Shown one piece after another: positions 1-12,599 of a DNA stretch of 64,000 nucleotides. Positions within the stretch are counted from its first letter, which is position 1. Each line of letters opens with the position of its first letter. The translations under genes were made by a program, and so were the position numbers. This stretch comes from Tubulanus polymorphus (taxonomy: Eukaryota > Animalia > Nemertea), in assembly GCF_964204645.1 (NCBI RefSeq), contig NC_134035.1, positions 868,001 to 932,000 on the forward strand, read 5' to 3'. Below the pieces are notes generated by a model. The model was given only the letters and a program-made list of their open reading frames with translations. It had not been told where the DNA came from and searched no databases.

Positions 1-191
1 TTAGGTTTTATCTCAATTGAAAGGTGGCAGCACCTGTCAAACATATTGAAATATTAGTAATTAACGATACAGCGCACCGCGGTGTTGACGCACATAAGCG
101 GTATGCCCTCAATTCAACACGGAGGTGGAATTTTTTTGAATTTCAAATCATCTCCAGTACTCGGGGTGATAATTAGTCCGCACTGAAAGGG
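1..191 (-). mobile_element. piggyBac-type MITE (family B), truncated by window edge, reverse orientation
   Basis: Ends in GCACTGAAAGGG followed by TTTTAA; internal sequence (GGCAGCACCTGTCAAACATA) is the reverse complement of the copy at 39689-39975. Confidence 0.8.
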
Positions 192-801
192 TTTTAAGGT
201 GCACACTACTCTGCCATCTATTAGCTAACGCTGTAAACAGAGCTATTCAGTGCCCGCTGATGATGATGATGATGATGATTCTAATAAGCCGGTTGTGAGT
301 GTAGATATCATCGACGTAGATGTTTTATTCGTAGGTGTCACGTCTGTGATAGATACCCCGTTATTATCGATGACGACGCACAATACCCGCGCGCGCGCCC
401 GGATAATGACGACTAAATCGGCTAAGCCGGTTCCCGCCGATCATTTTCCGCTGTTTTGTTCATTGTACTGTAATTGTGTCGGTCACAATGGTTCGTTCGT
501 TCGTAAGCCGAGGTCTGACCGTATTCATAGTCGACGACGACGACGGTCGTTGTGTGAATGCGGGTATTGTGAACTCGCGCAGTACTGAGTGCAACTCTTT
601 TATTATATGAATTCTAGTATGACATGTATATAGTTCAGGGAATATGGAAATTTTTCATGACCCCGAGACTCGATTTGTCCTGATGGATGCGAAAGTGAAA
701 TATGGTGCGGAACGTAAACTTGACTGCACAAATATAAACCTATATCAGTTCGATCTGGAGCTAGCTTTCCCTACTGTTCTTCCCGCATTACGATATGAGT
801 C

Positions 802-1050
802 CACGGTGGCCACTTAGCTGGAAATATGTTAACCACGGAAGAGTCAGGGAATCTTGTAAAATAGCTGAAAATCAGGGAAAGTCAGGAAAATTTGTTGAGA
901 TTGTTAGATTTAAATCAAACAGTTCTGTCTATGTCTTACATATTTGACTGTGTTAATTGATTGGATACTTAGCAGATCAAGTCAGGAAAAACAACGTCCA
1001 CGTCAGGGAATAGTCAGGGAAAAAGGGAGTCAAATAAAAGTTATCATCTT
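802..1050 (+). mobile_element. hAT-like MITE family A1, degraded copy
   Basis: Starts CACGGTGGCCACTT; carries the diagnostic TTGTTGAGATTG, TATTTGACTGTGTTAATTGATTGG and GTCAGGGAATAGTCAGGG motifs and the AGTCAAATAAAAGT end. Confidence 0.8.
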
Positions 1051-1659
1051 TTTTAAGAGTTAAATTTAATAAATCAATTTAATTTTCTACTTGACAACAC
1101 CAGTAAACTGTCCTCGGTCTCAATTAAGACAATCTTCATGGACTGAAACGCGATTGGACATTGTTCGACGTAATAAACATCCGCGTATATGCGTTAGCCG
1201 ATCGAAAAAGCCATAAAAATAAGAGCTTCCTGAAATTTTTCCATTCGCTCGTGACAATAGGGACAAAAGCCATTTAATTCCAGGCGTGATTAGTGAATGC
1301 GCTGTTGTCGATAGAGAGCTTCAGTGCTTCTAAACTATAAATAATCTCCAACAATAGCTACGAACAATTGTCCCGTACTGAAAGTATTGTCATAAATATA
1401 TATATATCTATGCATGTGTGTGTTATGTGTTGTATACATACAACAACAACAACGGTTTCTCTGGTTTTATCGTAAATCTCTCGTATCCCTAACGACGACC
1501 GACGTTCGACCACCGGTTATTGTTGTCCCACGGAAACAGTGTTTCTGACGTTTTTCCGCATAAAAACATCGGTAAGTTTTTCTTTTTTCATTCTGACTTG
1601 TGAAATGATTTTCGATCGGATTTGTTGTTTTTTGATATTCATATCTACACTTTTTTGCT

Positions 1660-1831
1660 AGCTCTACTTCTTGTTCAGGGTCAAATTTTTTCAGTGCCGT
1701 TTTTCATTTTGTCAGCAGAGGAAATTGGTTTATTTCAATGCCGGAGTTCGCCTAACATTGCCTTTTCGGATATCAAAGTACCCTTTTGGTATGTGACAAG
1801 TTCTTAGAAATTGGCTTCTGGGTCCGTCCAT
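1660..1831 (+). mobile_element. Degraded MITE (family G, CAGGGGCGGATCC-type end)
   Basis: Co-linear similarity to 46556-46735 (CCCTTTTGRTATGTGACAAGTT...AATTGGCYTCTG); right end GGGTCCGTCCATG. Confidence 0.6.
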
Positions 1832-2664
1832 GTTGTTAGATGCCTGGACTTGGCTTACGACATGAGAGGGGTCAACTCTATTGATTCGTGGCAGTATCCA
1901 ACAGCGTACGGTCGAAATCTATTCGAATAGTTTCAACTCTGGTGGAAATAACCGGATGTTTTTGAAACGGTACCAGCTTTTAATTTGCCCTCGCTCCTAT
2001 AGAACCGGCTCGTCGATCAAATCTTGCGGCGTTGTCGAAGTTGAAATGTCGATGGTAAAGATTATCGTTTTCTTGTTTCTGTAATTCGCGTCCTGCATTA
2101 TGTAATCGTGGCTTAGAAATCGTCTGAAATAATTTCGAAAAACGGTGAAATATTTTCGAGAGGAAGACGCCTTCGCGGCGCCTTCGACTCGATCGGAGAA
2201 CGCCGGGATTTTAAGGGTCTTATCGTATTGTTCTGCGAAAGGCCTTGACGAGTTTTCGTGCGTAATCCTTTGACGTAAAAAGCCGGCGGCGTCGACGGCG
2301 AATGTCAACCTGGTGCTTCTCACTTTGACGGAGAAAATTTAATCAACTCGATAGAATTAAGTAGCAGTGGATTATTTATGAAGCCTTCGCCGCTTCGATT
2401 GTGTCTCTTTTTATTTCTTTGCCTCATCCTCGCCGAGGTAGATTTTGTAGAAGAATTTCGAATGGAATTCTTTTCCCCGGTGAATCTGCTTTTTGTTCGA
2501 GCAATTATTATTAGCAGGTCTAAGCCTCGCTCGGTGTATTGTTTGAACCTTAAATGTTTCACCACCTTGTTGTCGGCAGAATCGGGAATGATTGAAAAGT
2601 TTTTCTGAGAAAATACTTATGGAAGTCAGTCGAGTTTCGCCAAGTTTTGTGTGGAGTCTGTTTA

Positions 2665-3142
2665 CAGGGTGGCCACTTATTTGGAAATCAGGGAAACCAG
2701 GGAAAAATCAGGAAATTTCCTTTTCTTTAAAAAAGTTGAAATTTCGCGGAAAAAGAAGCTTAAAATCAGGGATTAGTCAAGGAAATTGTTGAGATTGCTA
2801 GATGGCGCGTAAAATCAAACAGTTTCTGTTTATGACATACGTATTTGACCTTGTTAATTGATTGGATTCTTAACAGTATATGTCAGGGAAAACAACGCGC
2901 GTGTCTGGGAATAGTCAGGGAATTTTGTAAAATAGTTGAAAATCAGGGAAAAGCCGTTGAAATTTGTTGAGATTGTTAGATGGCGTTTAAATTCATACAG
3001 TTTCTGTCTATGTCTTACGTATTTGACTGTATTAATTGATTAGATTCTGAGCAGAACAAGTCAGGGAAAACAAGGTGCATGTCGGGGAATAGTCATGGGA
3101 ATAGTTTAGAGAAAAAGGCAAGTCAAATAAAAGTGGCCTCTG
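2665..3142 (+). mobile_element. hAT-like MITE family A1 with internal ~178-bp tandem duplication
   Basis: Left TIR CAGGGTGGCCACTT, right end AAAGTGGCCTCTG; internal block TTGTTGAGATTG...GGAATAGTCA present twice (about 2786 and 2964). Confidence 0.9.
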
Positions 3143-3559
3143 TACTAAATACTTTATACTGTTTTCTCAGTTTTTCTTTATTCCTCATCGTCGTCGACCA
3201 CTGCAGTTCACTCCGGATTAAAACTTTGTCATTTTAAATAAAGCGAAGATTTGTCGAAGTTATCGCGATGTTGATCCGTCTGTCAACGGCCGGCTTACCG
3301 GGGCGCGATGATTTAGGGCCGCGTACTGACGTGCATCTCGTACCTACTCGATTTAAGTCAGATCGATCATCATATTATGATCCACTGTTTGGCATTCTGT
3401 ATAAAACGAACATCGGAACTGTGATCCCCGAACAGATTAGAAAAATGAAAATGTGATTCTTTCCTCGGGTCTTATGGTGAACTTTGTTGCGTCTGATAGC
3501 AAAATAACCTCTTATTGTGTTTTTGCCAATAGCCAAAAATCATTTACAGTGGTTCTTTA

Positions 3560-3752
3560 AGCTAAGCATACATCGACAAAGCGACTGGAGACAACTAGTT
3601 GCTGAAACTGGAGATAGATGGACGCTAACCAGTCGTAAGCTCGCTTACATCGACACGTTCGAGCAACTGATTGTATCCAGCCAGTTGCTCTCATGCGCAA
3701 ACTACCCGGCAACTAGTTGTCTCCAATCGCAGTGTCGATGTAGGTTAGGGCT
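3560..3752. mobile_element. Foldback MITE with ~40-bp TIRs (possibly PIF/Harbinger)
   Basis: TACATCGACAAAGCGACTGGAGACAACTAGTTGCTG pairs with CGGCAACTAGTTGTCTCCAATCGCAGTGTCGATGTA; TAA/TTA flanks. Confidence 0.75.
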
Positions 3753-3815
3753 TTACAGTGGCCTCCCTATCCGGGCAAATATTTGATATCGCATCTGGGT
3801 ACCCAGCCTACTATA

Positions 3816-3905
3816 GCTGCAATCACACGACTGTTTTTGGCATGGGCCAAATTTGACTCGGGGGCCTGATCTGTGCCAATTTGACCTGGGCCAGATTTGG
3901 TCACA
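3816..3905 (+). mobile_element. Harbinger-type MITE family D, internally deleted fragment
   Basis: GCTGCAATCACAC (CpG-decayed TIR) and GGCCTGATCTGTGCCAATTTG, shared with 7623-7907. Confidence 0.7.
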
Positions 3906-4715
3906 GGTTCAACATGCTGTACAGAATGATATGTTGATGCTATCTCGTTTGAATCCTTGTCAAGGGGACCATGTCAGGATATTGAGTCAAGCAATGTGAC
4001 TAGGTTTGAATCTCTGAACGACATATTTATCTTAGTCTTTTCGCCAACAGTACTTTGTCCAAGTTTCTCTAGTGTAAAACTGTGCCACTTAAAAAAAGTT
4101 AATTTCTCCAGTTTTTTTCTGCGTTTTGAACGTTAATATTTCCAGCTTGACTTACGTGAACCGCAGCGAAATTGTTCTATCGATCCGCTTGCCGCAGTCG
4201 GTTGCGAATTCTCGCGGCGTCGTCGGTACACGACACACGCGGCGACGAAATGTCAGAAATCTCATTATTTTCGTTCGATAATAACGTCTTCTATTGTTAA
4301 AGAGCAATTATAGTTTAAATCAACCGCGGAGCAGAGTTCAACGCTCGTCGTGAATAGAAAATCGTCGTCTTCGTCGTAGTAGTACGTCTGCTCGTACCCG
4401 CAGATGTCGTAATACGATTTACCACTGTCGTCGTCGGTGACGGTTTTTTATTCCGGGTGACGTTAGTCATTATTCTCCTGCGCCGTGAAATTTAATTGGT
4501 TTTTCGAAATATCGTTGAGCGAAATTTTGTTTTCAGGTCGCAACGCGATTTGTTCGTCGTAAACTGTACTGGGGTTAATTCACTTGTTAAGTTAACAGAA
4601 AGATGTTGCTCTACCCTGATTTTTGAAGCTTTGTCAGTACTGGATGGCTCATTGATTCAATGAACTGAGTTTAGAAGTTTGAAATGTTTTCGCCTGACAC
4701 CAGTTTGCACACCAG

Positions 4716-4869
4716 GGCTGGGTTTCATAGATGTGCAAGCAAAATAGTCCCTGGGAACATTTCGAAATATGTCAGTTATAGCCATGGTTTCTCATTGTTA
4801 CAAGTGTTAACCAGATTTAGGAGTTATCCCTAGGGATAACTTCGATACTCTAGTCTATGAAACCGGGCC
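4716..4869 (-). mobile_element. PIF/Harbinger-type MITE family C1, complete
   Basis: TIRs GGCTGGGTTTCATAGA / TCTATGAAACCGGGCC with a CAG target duplication on both sides; reverse-oriented homologue at 18484-18640. Confidence 0.9.
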
Positions 4870-4900
4870 CAGAAACTTCAGAACACTTCCGTATCTTAGG

Positions 4901-5106
4901 CAGGGTGGCCACTTAACCTGGAAATCAGGGAAACATCAAAGAATTGAGTTGAGATTGTTAGATCGTGCATAAAATCAAACAATTTCAGTGTATATTTGAC
5001 TGTGTGTTAACCGATTGGATTCTTAGCAGATCAAGTCAGGGAAAACAGCGTCTATCTCAGAGAATAGTCAGGGAAAAAGTGAGTCAAATAAAAGTGGCGC
5101 CACCTG
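4901..5106 (+). mobile_element. hAT-like MITE family A1
   Basis: CAGGGTGGCCACTT ... AAAGTGGCGCCACCTG; flanks TTAGG/TTAGA. Confidence 0.9.
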
Positions 5107-6029
5107 TTAGATTATTCACATAATTCATGTTAATGCAACGCCACATCAAACATCGTTATTGTTACCTTCAACAGTAAGTTTCTTAATTTGGCTTTGAAAA
5201 ATTCATTTTCAATTGATTTCGGATTTGTTTCATACGATTTTAATCCTCGTCATAAATTTTACCGGGGGACAACAATCAGTCTTTATGTGACAGTAATCTC
5301 TGATAATATCAGACGTGTTTATAACAGGTAGAACAAACGTCGAACGACCGGCGCGGAGGAGAATTAACGCGAATTACCCGCGTATTATCAGCGATCGGAT
5401 TGACTGAGTAATCCACTCGAGGTCACCTCCCGGTTCGAGCCTCGTCGTCGTCGTCGAAGCCAAAATCCGAAATATTGTCGTTGTAATAAGCGTCGGCGAT
5501 AAACCGCGCTGACAAGTGATCGCCGTTTGAAAATTAATCAGTTATTTCGAAAAGAGCTTTCGAGGGGGTTTTCTTTTCGCGTGATGAATTATGATTGGGT
5601 AAGCCGACCGCGCCGCCGATTTCGACTGTGTGGTTTTATAAAAACTGTTTGAGATGAACCGGCGCGCGCGCGCGAACCCGCGCGTCCATTAATCTTCGTC
5701 GTCACGGCGATGACGGCGTGCGGTTTGAAAGGAGTTTCGGCAGCGTCGTAATCTCCGTCCAAAAACAAGTGAAACTTCACTCACTTTTCATCGTCGGCGT
5801 CGATGGCGATTTATTAATGAGCGTCGCTTCTTTTCATCGCGTCTTAAAACCATGAATCATTATTAGCATGTAAATCTGTTTCTAAAAAGAAGATTTCGAT
5901 TTTTTTAGAATTGTAAAACTTTGTTGTGCTGCCTAATCAGTCAAAGTTTTAGTGGCGCCTGAGTTTACTTTTGTTGCTTCAGATTATGGCGTCCAACGTA
6001 ACACGGGTTTGAACAGGATTGCGTTTTGA

Positions 6030-6300
6030 GACTATGGCTTCTTACCTGGTAATCGGAGAAAAATCGGGGAATTTTCTTTTCTCTCAAATGTCGAGGAATT
6101 TTGTAAAAAAGCTAAAAGACAGGGAAAAGTCAGGTAAATTTGTTGAGATTGATAAATCGCACGTCACCAGCAAATCAACCAGTTTCCATCTATGTTTTAT
6201 GTATTTGATTGTTTTAATGATTGCATTCTTACAGCGTCTTACAACGTCCATATCAGGGAATAGTCTGAGAAACAGCAAGTCAAATAAAGTGGCCATCCTG
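6030..6300 (+). mobile_element. hAT-like MITE family A1, degraded left end
   Basis: Family internal motifs; right end AAAGTGGCCATCCTG. Confidence 0.8.
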
Positions 6301-6400
6301 AAGTACATATCCCTGTCCCGAGGCCCCATCGTTCATTGCTGAGATTGAACATGGTCACATCATGAAACTGCCATATTCCAAACCCCTATGATACTAGACC

Positions 6401-6880
6401 CTTTCCTGCTGATAGCAACGTTTCTCCTTTCTTGATGGCGTCGTGAGCCTCTAAAACATTCTTCCCTCCCTTTCCTACTGATAGCAACATTTCTCCTTTC
6501 TTGATGGCGTTGTGAGCCTCTAAAACATTCTTCCCTCCCTTTTCTGCTGATAGCAACATTTCTCCTTTCTTGATGGCGTCGTGAGCCTCTAAAACATTCT
6601 TCCATCCCTTTCCTGCTGCTAGCAACATTTCTCCTTTCTTGATGGCGTCGTGAGCCTCTAAAACATTCTTCCATCCCTTTCCTGCTGATAGCAACATTTC
6701 TCCTTTCTTGATGGCGTCGTGAGCCTCTAAAACATTCTTCCCTCCCTTTCCTGCTGATAGCAACGTTTCTCCTTTCTTGATGGCGTCGTGAGCCTCTAAA
6801 ACATTCTTCCCTCCCTTTTCTACTGATAGCAACGTTTCTCCTTTCTTGATGGCGTCGTGAGCCTCTAAAACATTCTTCCA
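6401..6880. repeat. Minisatellite, 69-bp unit, ~7 copies
   Basis: Unit CTTTCCTGCTGATAGCAACRTTTCTCCTTTCTTGATGGCGTCGTGAGCCTCTAAAACATTCTTCCCTCC; accounts for the 23-aa periodic ORFs 6360-6884 and 6386-6832. Confidence 0.97.
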
Positions 6881-7622
6881 TCACAGAAGTATCGCGATAA
6901 TGCAGCGTTCTTCCTATGACTGTTTTGAACTCGATGCCATCGTGAAAGTCTTGTCACGTTTTCTTGCCTTTTCAGCCATTCTGAAGCTGAAGTTCGAATC
7001 CCTGCTAAATATGAATTATGGCAGCTATTAACTGCACAAACCATATAAAAAGCCTTTCAATGATAATTAATGAACGATATTTATTATTTTCTATCTGAGA
7101 CAATACTACTATACTGGAATCTCTCTCTCTTTCTCGCTCGCAAAGTGTGTAGAGCTATTTATTACTGGATGACAATGATTTAGATGGTGATTTAACCGAG
7201 CTAACTTTGGTCAACAATGATGATTTATCATGAAATAATTCATGCATTGTTAGGCCACACGATGTGCGCGCATCTTTTTTGAGAAATAGTTTCTTTTCAA
7301 ATATAACTCGCAGCTTTCAATACATTCACTATATTGACTTATATCCGGCTTGGGCCTCATTTGGGGAAAGTAATGGCTATTTCCTCTGAACAATCAGTGA
7401 CAGGGGAATTTCTGCTGAGGATCCAAATATATCTGAAAATTACGAAAGATACGAAATCTAAGATTTCAATACTCAGTCATGATGTCTCCCTCTTTGTTTT
7501 GAGTTCATTATAATGTTAGCATAATTCTTTATTATAGATAGCTTAACAGCGAAAAAACAGTGAAAAAAGTGCCCCAGAACCTTATTTGTCTTGACTGCTT
7601 CAATTTCTAGATCGGGACATTA

Positions 7623-7907
7623 GCTGTGATCACATGGGTGTTTTTGGCCGGGAACAACTGTTCACATGGGTGCCAAATGGGCCCGTGCCTGTTTGGCCCA
7701 GGTCTGAGCCAAATTTTAGCACTGGTCAAATTATTGCATGTGAATTGCAGCTGGTTCCGGAAGTGACTCACTTAGCTTTGTTTAAACATTGTTTAGTATG
7801 GAGTGAGTGGATTACATGTGAACATGTGCTCTTAGGCACAGGCCAAATATTTGACACGTGGCCTGATCTGTGCCAATTTGCCCAAATCATCTCCGTGTGA
7901 TAGTGGC
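7623..7907 (+). mobile_element. PIF/Harbinger-type MITE family D, near complete
   Basis: GCTGTGATCACA ... TGTGATAGTGGC; core CTGGTTCCGGAAGTGACTCACTT...CATTGTTTAGTA; TTA left flank. Confidence 0.85.
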
Positions 7908-8535
7908 TTTTGTATATAAATTGTACTCAAGTCACGAAATGAAACAGTGAAATTAAAGTCCTTGTCCTGAAATAATGTCAGGTTATGATAGAATACGGCT
8001 TTATTATATGAAGAATGGCCTCATCAACGAGCAATTCATAACACATCTATTATAGACTCTCTTATTCTACATGATGCATGCGGTCTTTATTACGTGGTCA
8101 TTTGTTTCCGCGCTGATCAACTTAAAACCGATAAATTTCAACGCGCGCGCGAAGAGAGAAAGTTGTTCTTATTAATTTCCAGTGACGAGATATTTTTCAC
8201 GTCACTATTCTAATTGGTGTAATAACAGTGAAAAAGACTGCCCGGGATTTCTGTTTGTGCTTACCCCATGGGCGTCACCAGAGTGGGGTAAAGGGAGGTG
8301 CAAACATTCAAGCAATTCTCAACCCCTTTAAAAAATCCTTGTGAAGCCCCTGACCCTGTACTGCTTTTTATTAGGACGTCCCAATAAAGGCACCTATTAC
8401 TATTGATATAAGACAAATCACAAATGACAGGATAACGTCGTATTGAGACTCCGTAGTGTCCTGAAACTTGTTCAGGTTTCATGCAACGTTAGTCGTCTGT
8501 TTTGGATTGAATTCAAGCAATATCATCACAATCAA

Positions 8536-8650
8536 TATGGCTGACTGGTAGCCATATTGGATGGCTAAATTGTAGCCATATTGGATGGCTGAATGGTAGC
8601 CATATTGTATGGCTGGATGTTAGCCATATTGTATGGCTGAATGGTAGCTG
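8536..8650. repeat. 24-bp quasi-palindromic tandem repeat (~4.5 copies)
   Basis: TAGCCATATTGKATGGCTGAATGG units; a further copy at about 8768-8795 and related CAATATGGCTG motifs at about 39570-39610. Confidence 0.85.
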
Positions 8651-9763
8651 TATTTGATTCTCGAAGTACATTTCATGTTCTTGCTGGAAGTTTTTGACGT
8701 CGGGTCTTCATTTTTACAAATGAAAGTGACACAATACCTGTCGCTTTTAGTCATCTCGGTGTTCAAGATGGCTGACTTGTAGCCATATTGGATTCTTGAA
8801 CTACATTGTTCGAATGCCCTGCAGAATGCTGAATCTTCATTCAATAGTCAATTCAATTCAATAGTCCATTATTTAGTATCATCTAAACGATACTAAAATA
8901 ATGGCTAATGTCGACTGATGCCATCGTAAAGGGTCAAGTCTGTCATTGACTCGTGACCCTGTTTTTGGAATTCTGAGTCTCTGCTGGTGGTATTCATATC
9001 GTACCAAACATAATAGCTACATACCACAACGAGCGAATACAATACCATAACGTGGGTGTGTCGACTTTAGCGCGTATACCGCGCCATCGTCGTACTATTG
9101 GCGCGTTTGATGAAAGAGAAAAAAAAACGACGTTTCGACTCGCGTTGAATATCGAAAAAAAGTTGTCATTTATATTTTATATAACACAATCGACTGACGA
9201 TACATATAGTAAACTAATATTGTCGCTGCGTCGTAGACAAAAGCGACGTAAACGTCGAACGAGAAGACTATAGACAAATCGCCCGGTTTTGAAGTAAACT
9301 CATTATTCTCGTCGGGGCATTGTAACTTCATAATAATCGAGTCGACCTATATTAGTGTAGTATATTGTTATGCCAACCGCGCGTGGTAATTCGGTTACTA
9401 TTGTTGTTTAGGAGACACAATGTGACATCACGATCCCCGTCCTACGACAACGACGACGACGACAACACTATAGAGAGGATAATCATTTTTGAACAGTTTC
9501 GAACGGTTTTCTCGACGTTTTTTTGTTGCGTATCCCGGATAAACTGTATATACTTTAGTAGAATCTGTAACCGGGAAATTCTAGGTGAGGATCGTGATTT
9601 TAGTGATATTTACGTTTCAGTCGTAACAATAGCGGGGGTAAGTGTTTAATGAAGTGTGATAAAGTGGAGACTCCGCCTTAATCGCTACCGGTCAATTTCA
9701 TTTTGCCTTCTTGGATTTTTTTTCAAATGTTAATGAGCCCAACACTATCAGATAAGATGGTGC

Positions 9764-10212
9764 CAGAGCAGCCAACTGTTCCTGATTTTCAGTATTTGTT
9801 ACTGTTTTATGAAGAGAAATACTGATTTGATTTGTTTGATGCTTACAGAAATATGAAAGATGTTACTGAGGGTCTTACAGTTGATTACTGATTAATTTGC
9901 ACAGAAATATGAACGATGTTACTGAGGGTCTTACTGTTGACTACTGATTAATTTGCACAGAAATATAAAAGATGTTACTGAGGGTCTTACTGTTGATTAC
10001 TGATTAATTGGAACAGAAATATGAAAGATGTTACTGAGGGTCTTACTGTTGATTACTGATTAATTTGCACAGAAATATGAAAGATGTTACTGAGGGTCTT
10101 ACTGTTGATTACTGATTTATTTGAAAATTTTCTTATTTCATATTTCAATGAAATTTTACTGAAAAATTTCAATTTGCTACTGATAGCACTTTAGCAGAGG
10201 TTGGCAGCCCTG
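9764..10212 (+). mobile_element. hAT-like MITE family F containing a 56-bp tandem array
   Basis: TIRs CAGAGCAGCCAAC / GTTGGCAGCCCTG; right portion recurs at about 34415-34512 and 54060-54310. Confidence 0.8.
9845..10124. repeat. Minisatellite, 56-bp unit x5, inside MITE F
   Basis: ACAGAAAT starts at 9845, 9901, 9957, 10013 and 10069. Confidence 0.95.
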
Positions 10213-10999
10213 AGTTGTTATCGCTGTAATTGATTTATTCGTCAAAAACTGACCATAAATGTTGGATTTTTGTTTGTTGGCTTCATTCAATTGATGTTGA
10301 CCTTTCTGAAAGTCAAGCATCTGCAAAAACTGTTTGATAGAATGCTGAATGGAAAACACCGTCCGGTTAGGTGAAAAGGTTTTATGCTGTAATAGTACAA
10401 AGTTTGAATCCCCAGAGGTTTAACGACTACCCAATGTCGGGATAGTCATATAAACCCGTATACACGTATTGTAAGAAAAAGAGTTTCTTTTCTTCGTGTT
10501 CAATGTTTGTTTTCGATTTTTAGCCGTCGAAGACGCATTCCACAAAAACCGGAATAATTGAATCTACGCGTTTCTCGTCCTTTATATCGGCACGTTGAAT
10601 GCGCCTATTGTCAGTTATAAGGCTGAAATAACCACATTTCTGGCACCGCGATATATCTACATGTGTACCGGGGGTATATATAGAATAATTTAGTATTAGG
10701 GTTTTGTTTATTTGGCATTATCTGAAGAGAACAAGAGTGAGTGAGAGAAAGAGAGAGGTTTCTTTCTTCGTTTCGGAATGATTCTTCTTTCTATTCACGC
10801 GATATACGGCATTCTTGCGCTTTGTGATACACATTTTTTGACCCGCTATATTTCTCTATGACTCGCCAGTTTTGAATGTAGAAATTCCGTCATTATTTGG
10901 TTATTCGAACGAGGAAGTAACGCGCTGTGACGTTGATTGGGTTTTGGACAACAACAAAAAAACATTTAAAATCAGTGGAAGCTTATTTTGATTTTACAA

Positions 11000-11460
11000 G
11001 TTAAGACCAGTCTCAAGCCTAACTAAGGGTCACATCAAACGTGTTCTATCTCTTAAGATGGATCGGATCTGAACGGATCTTATGTGACCAGAGTGTCTAT
11101 TTAAGGCCGATCTAAAGGTCGTAGCCAATGAACGGCGATGTGCACATCACATGACCTACGTGTTCAGTTCAACATGATCGTGGGACTCAGTTGACCTGAG
11201 TGTAGCCGAGATCAGTTTTGGTCGAGTTGGCTCGACTCGACCTCGCGATACGACCTGAGCGTTCTTAGGAACAAATTGCAGACGATCAGATTGGATTGGA
11301 TCTTAGTGTTTGGCTTTAAGCTAGTTTTAGTTCTATACTCAATCTAATGACAAGGCCAGTATAGGCTCATTTTTGGTTATATTACCAATTTAACTACAAG
11401 ACTAATCTAAACTTAATTTTGTTCTATGGCGAATCCATCAATTTAGACCTGAATCTAGAG
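11000..11460. mobile_element. Degraded family C2 MITE apparently interrupted by a ~290-bp unrelated insertion (~11026-11318)
   Basis: TTAAGACCAGTCT and GTTCTAT...AATCTAA motifs, contiguous at 44414-44460, are split here by unrelated sequence. Confidence 0.45.
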
Positions 11461-12177
11461 CCAAAGTAACCAGTGGAAGCCTTTATAGTTTTATACCGTT
11501 ACACATCTCATGAACGTCTTAAGATTTAAAACCATTGCTGGGCAACTGGACTCATCTTCCCAGTCCGTCAGGTCATGGACTCTAAAACTACACAACTATA
11601 TCTGTACTTCGATTTCCGATTTCCAAATCAATCCCCGGGATGTTAGATAAGAAATGACATTCCTTCGGGTATTTGAGAAGGAATTCTCTCGTCCTTTCTG
11701 TTGATGATGAAAAAAAAAAACAGTAACGAGTTACGTAGAAGCGAGTGTACACTCGGTACACTCGCTGCGTGTGTCGTGTGTCACTTGTTTTACGACAGAA
11801 ACACACCACCCATTGTTGATTCAAATATTGTTACCGGAACAAAACAGGAATCCTGGGTAAACAGCTTGTCATCGGATTTATCAGTGCCGCCGTTCGCAAT
11901 ATTGCGTTTAGTGTTTTTCCTGCGTATACAGCACGTCGCGTAGAGATTCCTCTCGCTGCCCTAACCGGCCTTACCCCGTTTATAAAAATAGCAAGCTATA
12001 ACTCGTTTCTGAGATGACATCGTATGAAAAAAAAAGACGCTCGCAATCTGTGTTCGTGAGCAGTTTGTAAGTGTCTCGGCCTGTTGTTCAGATATCAACG
12101 ATTGATAGTTATTACACAGCTTCTTACACAGGCGTTCACAATGATCCATTAAAAATCCCTGAAACAAATTGTAAAAG

Positions 12178-12599
12178 CAGGCTGGCCACTTGTGTGGTAA
12201 TCGGGAACAATTTCTTTTATTTAAAAAAGTCAGGGAATAATCAGGAAATTTAATACAAAAAAGCCAAAAACTTAGGGGATAGGCAAATTTGTTGAGATTG
12301 CTAGATCACGCATAAGATCAAACAGTGTCCGTCTATGTTTTACGCATTTGATTGTGTTCATCGATTGGATTCGAAGCAGATCAAGTTTGGGAAAACAATG
12401 TCAGGGAATAGTCAGGGGCCAGTTCCATAGTCGAGACTTACGACCAAAAGTGGTCTTAAATCTTAAAACTGATCTGAAGTTATTAGATTGGCTATATATT
12501 GGAACAAAGTTTGTCTTAGACCGGTCTTAAGTCTAAGCCCTGTCTATGGAACCGGACCCAGGAGAATAGCTAGTCAAATAATAAAAGTGGCGCCCCCTG
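12178..12599 (+). mobile_element. hAT-like MITE family A1 carrying a nested Harbinger MITE
   Basis: CAGGCTGGCCACTT ... AAAAGTGGCGCCCCCTG; family sequence resumes after 12561. Confidence 0.88.
12416..12558 (+). mobile_element. PIF/Harbinger-type MITE family C2, complete, nested in A1
   Basis: 15-bp TIRs GGGCCAGTTCCATAG / CTATGGAACCGGACC; CAG duplication at 12413-12415 and 12559-12561. Confidence 0.9.

Noticed and set aside
1881-2608. CpG-rich blocks as exons or bacterial/HGT fragments
   Set aside because: ORFs overlap on both strands, are Arg/Ser-rich as expected from (CGA/TCG)n composition, contain homopolymer runs and show no codon structure. The same applies to the other rich blocks.
6360-6884. 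Repeat-protein CDS (174 aa / 148 aa)
   Set aside because: The ORFs coincide exactly with a 69-bp minisatellite; two overlapping frames are open only because the unit lacks stops.
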